Shown here piece by piece: positions 1-15,740 of a stretch of DNA of 64,000 nt (its first letter is position 1; each line of letters starts with the position of its first letter). Below the pieces are notes generated by a model. It had not been told where the DNA came from and did no database searches. It was given only the letters and a program-made list of their open reading frames with translations. The translations under genes and the position numbers were made by a program. Location: the NCBI RefSeq assembly GCF_009914755.1, contig NC_060928.1; one strand, written 5' to 3'. This stretch comes from the human T2T-CHM13v2.0 reference genome, Homo sapiens.

Positions 1-371
1 ATCAATTTATGACATTTTGCATTTATCTCTAGTTTTTACCACACAAACTGATATATGCAGGTCTTTCAGCATGTTGAATGGACTTTCCAGAATTGAAAAC
101 TGCTGAATTAAGGACAAAGAAGCAGAAAGTGATGCATTTTCTCAGGAAAGCACCTTGCATTTGAAAGCTGACACTCTCTTGCGGCCTCATTACGAGGCGT
201 CAAATCTGACCCTGCTTCCTTTATCACAAATCTTATCCCCTTCTTAATAAACATACAATTTAGGGGAGCAGAGAGAGTCAAAAGAAGGACATTGTCTAGA
301 TTATAAATCCTCAGCATCGGATGATTTTCCCTCCTTTCCTGTGGGGCAGGAAAAGAGGTGCTCAGCCCATT

Positions 372-838
372 TCCAGTCATGATCCTACAGTGAACAGAGG
401 ACACACTCGTGTAGTGGAACCGAGGAGGGATTTGCGAAGGGATTATTTACAAAGGTGTGAACAGAGTTAAGGAAAGCCAAAAGGCACAGAGAAGCATCCA
501 GCTATAGCAACAGTGGGAAGCTGCAACCACCATTAGCAAGGGGAGGAAATGGTTACTAGACCCAGTGAGAGTTGCAGCTGCAGAGGAGGGCAGCCTGGCA
601 GGACCTTTTTCTGAATAAGAATGCAGTCCCCGGCAGTCCATGGCCCAGTATGACTCAAGGAAACAGATACCGCAACATCTTTCTCCCAACTCCGGTCTCC
701 CACCAGTGCCTCCCAGCCAGAAGCCAGGGAGCAAAAGAGTTCCTTGGAGCAGCATATAGAGGTCAGCATTCTGGGGACCCAGAGCAGAGAGAGGAGCTGG
801 GAATGGATCTGGAGGGGCAAGCAGAGACTATCCAGAGC
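372..838. mobile_element. Ancient LTR-like remnant (family not assigned)
   Basis: Purine/GC-richer block ending ...ggatctggaggggcaagcagagactatccag, which resembles old mammalian LTR consensus from memory. Boundaries approximate. Confidence 0.35.
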
Positions 839-2982
839 TCTAGGATGGCAGGGGCACTCCACTAGAGGGATCTCGAAGACGGGCCTTGGGATTTCATTCC
901 CTGATTGGAATCTTCCTGAGCTGCTGTGCTGGTGGAAAAGCAGTGCAAAAGGTGACCCAACCCTCACTCTCCTCCAAATCCTTTGGTCTAAACCCAGGGT
1001 AATGCTGGGGAGGGGAAGAAGATGAGCATTAAATTGAATATGGTGTTTGATATACTATTGAAGTGTTAAACCGTATCGAATTGGATTGGAATTTTTATTA
1101 ACTAAAAGTGAATGGGAAGCTTTAGGACCTATTTAGGTTGCCATTAAGGGGATAAGATACAGTGATTCAACAGAGCATGGTGTTAGTCAATGGTTGTAAA
1201 AAAGGAAAATCATTACCTGTTTGTATTTTACTGAGTTAATACTCTTCAATAAACTAATTACCTAGGAAAACTTGGGAATAATAGCATGAGTGTACAATTT
1301 ATGTGACAAATTACAATTTATATGCTTGTGATCTAATTGTGGCAGCCCTCCAAAGATGTAACTGCATATTCTTGACTCTGAATTGTTAGATGAAAAACTA
1401 GGAACAATATTGCTTTTCTTAAAATCCTATTGTGAAATTTTTATTCTGAAGTTAAGGAATACTTCTTCTTTTCTCAGGAAGTCTTAGGTCAAATTGCCCT
1501 TAAGTATAGAAATTCTTATTAAAATCTATAGCTTTTAAAATCCTGACTATCAAAGAATTTTACATTGCTTTAAATATTTCTATTTTGCCATGCACCTCAT
1601 CACTATATGTTATTTATTTTCAAGCAATAACAAACTGGTGACCATCTAGTGGAAGAATCAAGAGGCTCTGAATTCCTCTTCAGAGACTTCTTAGCACCCT
1701 GAAAATTATCTTCCTAATCCAAGGTGAGCTCTTTGGAGTTAAGTGGGATCATTCACTGGGCACCATAGTCAATAGTTTTGCTCATGTGACTACTATCTTC
1801 TTCCAGGCACTGGGAAAATGGAACTTCGTGCCCTCTGTGGTTGAGTAGGGCCATGCAACTAGTTTGGGCCAATAAGTTGTGATTTAGCTCGTACTTGTAA
1901 TTTTCAGGACCAAGTATCTCCCCTTAAGAGTCTGGAGTTGTTACTGTTGCATACTTTACCCTTTCTGACTAATATACTGGGCAAGATGAAGTGTACAGGT
2001 CTTGAGAGTTCATAAACATGTAGCTCTGTTTCAGAGACCTGTGTATATAGTCAACTGATATACAGATATCTGAAGCCACATAATATCTTAAGATCACCTG
2101 AGCCCTCAGCCTGACTGGGAGGCATGTTCATGGATGAATTTACAGTGCAATAATAACACTTTGCCACTTTCAGAGAAAAGATAGTTATGGAATTCGCTAT
2201 TAGTCTACCTGGGCTACCAGAAAGCTAGCTGTAAGACATATAACACATCTTTAGTAAAATAGTACAGTCTTCTATACAGTTTCCTGCCTCTCAAATAGAT
2301 ATGAAACAATTGATCCAGCTTCCCTGTGGTAGGGTTCTATTAAATTCCTTTTATTCTTGTACTCTTTTCATTTTCTTTTCAATATAAAAGCAATGGTGAA
2401 GCCGTCTGGTGTCAGGATTGTTCTCAGAGGTCTCTTTAGGCATCTCTTCCTCTTCCCCCATTCCCCAAAATCTACACTGACCTACAAAAAACTTAAACAA
2501 ATTTTCAAGAAAAAAAACCATCAAAAAGTGGGCAAAGGATATGAACAGACACTTCTCAAAAGAAGACATTTATGCGGCCAAGAAACATATCAAAAAAAGC
2601 TCATCATCTTTGGTCATTAGAGAAATGCAAATCAAAACCACAGTAAGGTACCATCTCACGCCAGTTAGAACAGGGATCATTAAAAAGTCAGGAAACAACA
2701 GATGCTGGAGAGGATGTGGAGAAAAGAAATGCTTTTACACCGTTGGTGGGAGTGTAACCATTGTGGAAGACAGATCAACCATTGTGGAAGACAGTGTGGT
2801 GATTCCTCAAGGATCTAAAACCAGAAATAGCATTTGACCAAGCAATCCCATTACTGGGTGTATACACAAAGGATTATAAATCATTCTACTACAAAGACAC
2901 ATGCACATGTATGTTTATTGCAGCACTATTCACAATAGCAAATGCCCATCAATGATAGACTGGATAAATAAAATGTGGCACA

Positions 2983-3852
2983 GGGGGGAGGAGCCAAGAT
3001 GGCTGAATAGGAACAGCTCCCGTCTACAGCTCCCAGCGTGAGCGACGCAGAAGACGGGTGATTTCTGCATTTCCATCTGAGGTACCGGGTTCATCTCACT
3101 AGGGAGTGCCAGACAGTGGGCGCAGGTCAGTGGGTGCGTGCACCGTGCGCGAGCCGAAGCAGGGCGAGGCATTGCCTCACTTGGGAAGCACAAGGGGTCA
3201 GGGAGTTCCCTTTCCGAGTCAAAGAAAGGGGTGACAGAGGGCACCTGGAAAATCGGGTCACTCCCGCCCGAATACTGCGCTTTTCTGACGGGCTTAAAAA
3301 ACGGCGCACCACGAGAGTATATCCCGCACCTGGCTGGGAGGGTCCTATGCCCACGGAGTCTCGCTGATTGCTAGCACAGCAGTCTGAGATCAAACTGCAA
3401 GGCGGCAGCGAGGCTGGGGGAGGGGCGCCCGCCATTGCCCAGGTTTGATTAGGTAAACAAAGCAGCCGGCAAGCTCGAACTGGGTGGAGCCCACCACAGC
3501 TCAAGGAGGCCTGCCTGCCTCTGTAGGCTCCACCTCTGGGGTCAGGGCACAGACAAAAAGACAGCAGTAACCTCTGCAGACCTAAATGTCCCTGTCTGAC
3601 AGCTTTGAAGAGAGCAGTGGTTCTCCCAGCATGCAGCTGGAGATCTGAGAACGGGCAGACTGCCTCCTCAAGTGGGTCCCTGACCCCCAGCAGGAGCACA
3701 CTGACACCTCACACGGCAGGGTATTCCAACAGACCTGCAGCTGAGGGTCCTGTCTGTTAGAAGGAAAACTAACAAACAGAAAGGACATCCACACCAAAAA
3801 CCCATCTGTACATCACCATCATCAAAGACCAAAAGAAGATAAAACCACAAAG
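2983..3852 (+). promoter_or_regulatory. L1 5'UTR internal sense/antisense promoter region, CpG-rich
   Basis: YY1-type motif caagatggc near 2995 and many retained CpGs in 3020-3480. Promoter function is established for this family but not shown for this copy. Confidence 0.7.
3127..3435 (-). CDS. ORF0: L1 antisense ORF0 homolog (102 aa open frame)
   Basis: MAGAPPPASLPPCSLISDCCASNQRDSVG... inside track ORF 3127..3699 matches the primate L1 ORF0 N-terminus; ATG at 3435. Confidence 0.7.
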   Translation of the reverse strand: MAGAPPPASLPPCSLISDCCASNQRDSVGIGPSQPGAGYTLVVRRFLSPSEKRSIRAGVTRFSRCPLSPLSLTRKGNSLTPCASQVRQCLALLRLAHGARTH

Positions 3853-4945
3853 ATGGGGAAAAAACAGAACAGAAAAACTGGAAACTCTAAAAAGCAGAGC
3901 GCCTCTCCTCCTCCAAGGGAACTCAGTTCCTCACCAGCAACAGAACAAAAAAACTGGAAACTCTAAAAAGCAGAGTGCCTCTCCTCCTCCAAGGGAACGC
4001 AGTTCCTCACCAGCAACAGAACAAAGCTGGATGGAGAATGACTTTGACGAGCTGAGTGAAGAAGGCTTCAGACGATCAAATTACTCTGAGCTACGGGAGG
4101 ACATTCAAACCAAAGGCAAAGAAGTTGAAAACTTTGAAAAAAATTTAGAAGAATGTATAACTAGGATAACCAATACAGAGAAGTGCTTAAAGGAGCTGAT
4201 GGAGCTGAAAACCAAGGCTCGAGAACTACATGAAGAATGCAGAAGCCTCAGGAGCCGATGCGATCAACTGGAAGAAAGGGTATCAGCAATGGAAGATGAA
4301 ATGAATGAAATGAAGCGAGAAGAGAAGTTTAGAGAAAAAAGAATAAAAAGAAATGAGCAAGGCCTCCAAGAAATATGGGACTATGTGAAAAGACCAAATC
4401 TACATCTGATTGGTGTACCTGAAAGTGATGGGGAGAATGGAACCAAGTTGGAAAACACTCTGCAGGATATTATCCAGGAGAACTTCCCCAATCTAGCAAG
4501 GCAGGCCAACGTTCAGATTCAGGAAATACAAAGAATGCCACAAAGATACTCCTCGAGAAGAGCAACTCCAAGACACATAATTGTCAGATTCACTAAAGTT
4601 GAAATGAAGGAAAAAATGTTAAGGGCAGCCAGAGAGAAAGGTCGGATTACCCTCAAAGGGAAGCCCATCAGACTAACAGCGGATCTCTCAGCAGAAACCC
4701 TACAAGCCAGAAGAGAGTGGGGGCCAATATTCAACATTCTTAAAGAAAAGAATTTTCAACCCAGAATTTCATATCCCGCCAAACTAAGCTTCATAAGTGA
4801 AGGAGAAATAAAATCCTTTACAGACAAGCAAATGCTGAGAGATTTTGTCACCAGCAGGCCTGCCCTAAAAGAGCTCCTGAAGGAAGCGCTAAACTTGGAA
4901 AGGAACAACTGGTACCAGCCGCTGCAAAATCATGCCAAAATGTAA
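3853..4945 (+). pseudogene. L1 ORF1: L1 ORF1p, frameshifted by a 76-bp tandem duplication; frame open from Met35 (4031-4945, 304 aa)
   Basis: ATG 3853 (MGKKQNRKTGNSK...) reaches TAA at 3964-3966 after 37 codons; downstream MENDFDEL...QNHAKM is the remainder of ORF1p. Confidence 0.93.
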
Positions 4946-5008
4946 AGACCATCGAGACTAGGAAGAAACTGCATCAACTAAAGAGCAAAATAACCAGCTA
5001 ACATCATA

Positions 5009-8825
<3,817 letters not shown>

Positions 8826-10894
8826 ACAATGAGAACGCATGGACACAGGAAGGGGACTCACACTCTGGGGACTGTTGTGGGGTGGGGGGAGGCGGGAGGG
8901 ATAGCATTGGGAGATATACCTAATGCTAGATGAGGAGTTAGTGGGTGTAGCGCACCAGCATGGCACATGTATACATATGTAACTAACCTACACAATGTGC
9001 ACATGTACCCTAAAACTTAAAGTATAATAAAAAAAAATGTGGCACATATACATCATGGAATACTATGCAGCCATAAAAAAGGATGAGTTCATGTCCTCTG
9101 CAGGGACATAGATGAAGCTGGAAACTATTATTCTCAGCAAACTAACACAGGAACAGAAACCCATACACCACATGTTCTCACTCATAAGTGGGAGTTGAAC
9201 TATGAGAACACATGGATACAGGGAGGGGAACATCACACACTGGGGCCTATTGGGGGGTGGGGGGCTGGGGGAGGGATAGCATTAGGAGAAATACCTAATG
9301 TACAGGACGGGTTGATGGGTGCAGCAAACCACCATGGCACGTGTATACTAATGTAACAAACCTGCAAGTTCTGCACATGTATCCCAAAATTTAAAGCATA
9401 ATAAAAACAAAACAAAACAACAGCAACAACAAAAAATTTACACTGACAACCAAATGAATAGTCTTGAAAGCTTAAAGACCCTTAGGGAAAACTGCAGAGC
9501 TTACTGAAAATATTAGAAAATTTTTGAAAAAATATCAGTGAATTATTTTGTAAAACTGCTAAGGACAAACAGGCTATTTTGTGTAGCCTTGAACTACTTC
9601 AAAACAATTTTGAAACATCCTTTAACTAGGTCTTTAAACACTATTTTTAAATTTTGATTATACCAGTTACACATATGCATAGATATATTCTCCTTTAAAA
9701 AATAGGTCAAGATTATATTAACATTCTTCTTAACCACCACTTATCTGATTCCCCTCATGGCCTTTTACAGAGGCAGCACTATTAGGAATCTTTTGAGCAC
9801 AGAAGCTAAAACTTAACATAGATTCTCCTCACACAGACCCTTCTAGAACAATTTTGCTGTCACTCAGCATTCCCAGTTTATCTGCCCCTTTGTTTGGTTC
9901 TCTGAGCACTTCTGCAACTGAGAATTTTGTTTCTTCTATGGAGTATGACCTGTTGGTACTCTTGTCACTTGTTAACATTAATCATCTTCCTCTTTGGGAT
10001 AATTATCCCTCACATTTCTTGTCACCTGATGAATCCCATCTCCAGTCTTCCTCTCATATAATCTCAGCCTTAGACTATAATCATTACTAGTCTAAAAAAG
10101 CTCCTTTAAAATCCCCTTCCCTTGGTGTGGGGGGAACGAAACACAAAGCTCATTCACCCCCCCATCCCATCTACAATGCACTGACCCCTTATGCGATGGC
10201 TTAGCTAAAAGCAGCTGATCCTTTCTCATACCAGTAGTGAGAGTGACATGGTGACATGGGAAATACAAAATCCCGTGTTCCAAAAAGAAAATAAATGCAT
10301 AGTCTCTGAGTCTGATTATGACCTTGATCACATTTCACAATGACAAAATACCAAATTCAGAAATGTAGTGGGATAGAGAAGAACACGTAAAGATTCTTAT
10401 TGTCTAACCCTCCTGTCTGGCTTTTGCTTCATCTGTCTACAAGACATGTGGCTTTTAGGAAATGAATTTCACCATATCTGAGGTTGCTGCCATTTAATCT
10501 CCTCAAATATTATCTTTTCTAGTGGCAAGGGTGAGCTGCCACTCTGGAGTCAGTTGAAGGCAGAGAGTTTGCTTTCAGACACCTGAATCAGAATCAATGA
10601 CACATCCTTCCACACTGGGTGACAATTATTAATTCTTAAATCACACTGCTGATTGGGGCTTCAGATGTCTGAAGCCAGTGCCACAGGATTCCAGATAATG
10701 TTATAGAATTTCACATTTGTGAAGATTATCTCCAATTTTTATCACGAAATTGCTCTGTAGAGATGTCCTGACACCTGAACAGAAAATACTTGTTCCTCTA
10801 AAGGAAGAAAAGGCAAAAGCTCACTGTAATATTGTGACTAATATTGTTCTAATAAATAAGAACTCAGAATTTATTTAAAAAAAATATTTTCTGG

Positions 10895-11168
10895 AGCACT
10901 TTGGGAGGCCCAGGTGGGTGAATCACCTGAGGTCAGGAGTTTGAGACCAGCCTGGCCAACATGGTGAAACTCCGTCTCTACTAAAAATACAAAAATTAGC
11001 CAGGCGTGGTGGTGGACACCTGTAATCCCAGCTACTCAGGAGGCTGAGGCAGGAGAATCACTTGAACCTAGGAGGCAGAGGTTGCAGTGAGCCGAGATTG
11101 TGCCATTGCACTCCAGACTGGATGACAGAGTAAGACTCCGTCTCAAAATATATATATATATATACATA
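10895..11168 (+). mobile_element. AluS (Sx-like), 5'-truncated, with (TA)n tail
   Basis: agcactttgggagg...gactccgtctcaaaa; flanked by atattttctgg-like sequence on both sides. Confidence 0.9.
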
Positions 11169-13270
11169 TTTTTTTTTTCTGGCTGTCGTGAACTTCACTC
11201 TTCCTTGAATTTCTCCACCCCATTTAGGTGGGACTACATTAGAAACAGCCTCACCTGGGAGCCTCTGTCTCAGCGGCACTTGGACAGAGGTCTCAGGGAA
11301 GAATGGGATACAGACGATTATTAACACAATTCTGTACAATTCCAGTCACTCATTCCAATACCTCACACCTCAGCTCTCTTCGGCTTTAGATTTCAGTTCC
11401 TCTGAATCTGAATTTCCAATTCTACTTTCCCATTGTTTCTTGATCTCTGAGCTCATCATTTGGACTCCCTCTTTGCTTATGTCTCTGTCTGTCTCAGCTT
11501 GCCAGCCTCCTAGTCTAAAGTACCAGCCCATGATTATTTATCACCGAACAAACCCTACACTCTTATCTGGCCTCTTTTCCCTAATCTCTGTTACTTGTCC
11601 TATCCCTTTTGTTTGTGCCTATGTGCACTCCATGAAGTCTTTGTCCCTGACTGAAGGCTGTTTCCTCACTTGGACTTCAAGTTTTCATGATCCTGATTCT
11701 ATTCGTAACTAACTTCCTAGCTGTGACTCTTCCAATCCAGTCTCAGCATCCAGTAGTTTGACAGTCCTGTTCCTTCTTGGTCTGCTTGTAGTCCTGGTTT
11801 AGCCACTGATACCGCAAAAACACTGGGACCATTGGAAGGAAAGACCAACTCCAAGGGAACTTTTCCCTTCTCACTTCATAAATAATTGGGATATTTTTAC
11901 TCCAGGAAAAGAACTAAACAAAGGGAGAAGCTAAGCCCTTAGCCCTTCAGCTCTCCTGTGGCATTTTATTCCCTTGTACTTGGGTACAGTTTGCAGTACT
12001 GAATAAGATTACTTCAGCTTTGCAAGAAAATATTAAGGCTTAACAGTATAAAAATTCGATTAGTCATGCTGTGAGACAGCTATAAATGTTTGTATTTAAA
12101 AATCTGTCATTTAAACAGGGATTTAAGATGTGTTAAAAAAAAAAGAGTATCTCTTTTTAAGCACTAGATTTTCAGCAAACTGGATATCTCCTGAGGGTGG
12201 TTGATATCACAAAATATTACAGGGACTCTTTCTGTGTCAGGTTTGCTTAAAGCCTCCGAAAGATGGAGAAGAAAACAGTAGGTGACCTCCATGTAATGCT
12301 TATGTTGAAGAGCAAAAATCAACAGAGTGCAATTCTAAGGCAATTTAACTATGTTCCTTTATGGTGTCTTCAAACCTGCACTATATAGCAACTTTTTCTC
12401 CTTTTCCCTTAAATAGTGTTTAAGGTTCCTCATGAATTGTCAAGCTTATCACCTTTGAGATTATCTATCTTTCCTTGTGTCTGTTTGCCACAGGAAGCTT
12501 GTGCATTTTTGCCACGCTAGGGAGAAAAACAACTGAACCCACAGTTGACTTCACTTTTTGCATCACCATCATGGGGAGATTGGTCTCAAGCTGCATCTAC
12601 CTGAATCTTTTCTGGCAAAGAGGAAACTCCAGCCTTGGTCATTTCTGACGAATCTCTCTGAAGCCCCTCTCCTGAGCAAATCTAACTTTATTATTTTTCT
12701 GTTTCTGCGGACACAGGGGGAGTATATTGTGCAGGCTTCCTTGCAACTAGATTAAAACCAAGAGGCTGGTGGTTCTAACCTTGGAGTGTCAGTTGAAATA
12801 ATTTTGAATACTTTCAAGCCCACTCCCTAGAAGCTCCATTATCCTTTTATCTCTCTTTCCTCATGGTGGTGACCTGAAGGCTTGTGTTAAGATGCTAATT
12901 GCCCAAGATGGGAGAAACCTGAGTCTACGAGTCTGTGAATGGAAGGGAAGCTTCACCAAGACACACTGGATTTCTTTGTGTGAAGTCACTAAAATTTCGG
13001 TTTCATCTTTTGTAGTAGTAAAGCTAACACAGTGAACTTTTTCAGCCCCAGTCTTTTCATACTTTTTAGGGAGATACTGGGCAAGAGGTTGCAAAATTGT
13101 TTTTGACTACCTCCTCTTAAAGTTCTGCAGTCTGTTTAGGTCCTTCCTCTGAAATGTAGAAATCGGTGCCGTAAATTGCTGTTCTCAGGCTGCTGTGGCC
13201 TCATCCACTTACACTTACTCCTTTCCATGTCTAAAATTTTAATGATAAACAATTTTAATAGTCTTTGTAA

Positions 13271-13328
13271 GGCCGGGCATAGTGGTTCACACCTGTAATC
13301 CCAGCACTTTGGGAGGCTGAGGTAGGCA
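13271..13328 (+). mobile_element. Alu 5' fragment (58 bp)
   Basis: ggccgggcatagtggttcacacctgtaatcccagcactttgggaggctgagg, followed by abrupt loss of homology. Confidence 0.85.
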
Positions 13329-13380
13329 ATATTACGTGCTTATATAATACGTAATATATAATGATGCAAATTATATATGC

Positions 13381-13890
13381 ATTATTATGATTAAATGTGT
13401 TATTGGTTGCACCATTGGTTGCAAAGAAATAGAATAATCAGTTAAAAACATTTAAGCATAACAATGTATTACATAGGTAAATAATGTATGTGCATACTGA
13501 ATTCTGTATATATACACAAAATAATTCACATAGGTTTATAAGCATATATGTTCTACTTATATATCTTGTACATATATATTGTTTGTATGTACTATATATG
13601 TATATAAACACATTCCAACTTTTTAATGTGTATGTTTATTAGATTTTAGATAATAAAAGTTCTTATAATTACTTATTTACATAATTGATCAAAGCAACAT
13701 AAATATATTAAAAAGTTTAATAATTATTAAATATAAAAATAAAATTTTATCATAAATGTTTTTTTACATGTAAACACAGACATATACACATGGAGTAGGT
13801 ATGTACATTATTTTGTTTAAATTGTTTAAATTTTTTTGCTACTTTATTTATTTGCAACCAATACAGGGTAATCAAAAATTCTTGTTTGTA
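13381..13890. repeat. Decayed AT-rich palindrome (about 500 bp)
   Basis: attggttgcaaa (13414-13425) versus tttgcaaccaat (13851-13862), plus inner inverted matches sharing a centre near 13638. Confidence 0.6.
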
Positions 13891-14376
13891 ATCTATTAGG
13901 TGGCAACTTGTTTAAGTCCCCCTTCATTACTCTTGAAGGAAAATAGTTAGAAGCCACTTGACTTGTAAAAGGATGTATTATTTAGTTCATTGTCACCATT
14001 TAGTTTCTCAGTTTCTGGATAGGACAACAAAACTTTACCAGGATATAGCAAATGAGCAAAAATAATGTCTTTTCTTATTTTGTTTAAAGGAACCAGGTTC
14101 AACCTGTTGTATTCAGAAAAGATTGGGGAAAATTAAATGTTAATTTAAATTTAAATACATTTAAACACATTTTGTTGAAAAAATTTGAATCAAAATGCTT
14201 TTGCCTTACCACATTTTAAATGTTTGCCCTGACATTATTTCTTACAATTGTTCTCTTGCCTTTACTCTCATAGAATGCTCCCTAAGAAGCAATATACTCT
14301 TTCATAATAGTTGAGAAATGGAAGAGGTAGGGTTATTAAATGAAAACTGCTATCATTTCCATCCTGCTCTTGAATA

Positions 14377-14705
14377 CAGCCACGCACTGTATGACATTTC
14401 GATCAACAACAGACATCATATGCATACCTCATATGTGACAGTAATCCCATAATATTATACTACCATATTTTTACTCTATCTTTTCCAGGTTTAGATATGT
14501 TTAGATGCACAAACACTTGCTATTGTGTTACAATTGCCTACAATATTGAGCACAGAGGCATGCTGTACAGGATGGTAACCTAGGTGTGTAGCAGGCTATA
14601 CCATCTAGGTTTGTGTAGTTACACTCTGTGATGTTTGCACCAAGATGAACTGCCTAACAACACATTTCTCAGAATGTATCCTAGTTGTTAAGTGATGCTT
14701 GACTC
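14377..14705. mobile_element. Tigger3a/MER7-like TcMar DNA transposon fossil
   Basis: TA flanks, degenerate terminal inverted repeats, and the characteristic ctaggtgtgtagcaggctataccatctaggtttgtgtag core. Confidence 0.8.
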
Positions 14706-15524
14706 TATAAACTCAAAACATTGCTACTTAAACAAAAATACCAAGTTTCTAAGGCCAGGGTCTACTCTTAAGACAGTAAGTATACGTGTAAGTATAAAAG
14801 ACATTTAGCTTGTTTTTGCTTTCTTTTTATTGAATTTCTGAATTTTCTAATTTTTCAAAAATGAACATATATCTATTATGAAGAACCAAGAAATCACAGA
14901 CAGTGATTTAAAAAATTTGCAAATGGCACACCAATATTGGAAGAAAATCTGTTACATAGCATTGTCTAGAAACAAATATTATTGACATTTTCTGGTTGAA
15001 ATCTTCAGGTTTCTGGCCAACTACAGTGTAAAACCCATTAGATTAGAGCAGTTAAATGCAAATGTGAAATCATGGTGGAGTTAGTCTAGGTTTGCAGAAG
15101 GTTGTTTTTATAAGTGGTCTTCCAATTAAAATGCATGATTCACCTGTGCCTTTGCAAAGAGTTATGATTTACATGTGTCAATACTGCCCATTCTTTGCCT
15201 CTTTTATATTAATGGGGTAGTGAATGAGCAAATGAAAATTTAGGGAGCTTTTGGAGTTATCAAAATTAGCCTTATTAAATAGTTTTTCTTAAAATGGAGT
15301 TTTTGCAATGCAGTGGAACATAAAGTGGACATGGTACAATGAAATTGAGAATACCTTGAGCTTAAAATAAGGATAAGAACTATTTTGGTACCTCAGATAA
15401 TGCCATATGTGTTATAATGAAACCACTGAAAAACGTGTTAGTGGCAACTTGATGAAAATGAAATGAGAGGGGGGAAGAAAAGAAGAAAATAAATGAAATA
15501 AAATTTTAATAAGACATCTCTTTA

Positions 15525-15740
15525 CTTTCAGGTACACTATTGCACATTTGACAAATGTATTCTCATCAATTCCCCACAGCAATGCTAGAAAGTACTTATT
15601 GCAACTTTATAGATGAAGAAACAAATTTAGGGAAGTTGAGTTTGTAAAAAATTGGTTTAAATTCAATCAAGTAGAAAGTAATAGAGGCAGACTTCAAATT
15701 CCAGGTGAGTCTTACTTCAATGCCCATGTTTTACCCAATT
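15525..15740 (-). mobile_element. MIR
   Basis: Core tttatagatgaagaaac with degenerate MIR flanks. Confidence 0.6.

Noticed and set aside
447-1025. Overlapping ORFs of about 90-145 aa
   Set aside because: No recognisable protein; they lie in a GC-richer LTR-like remnant.
12470-12760. Possible splice acceptor (ttccttgtgtctgtttgccacag) and short ORF
   Set aside because: No recognisable peptide or convincing donor; cannot be supported without transcript data.
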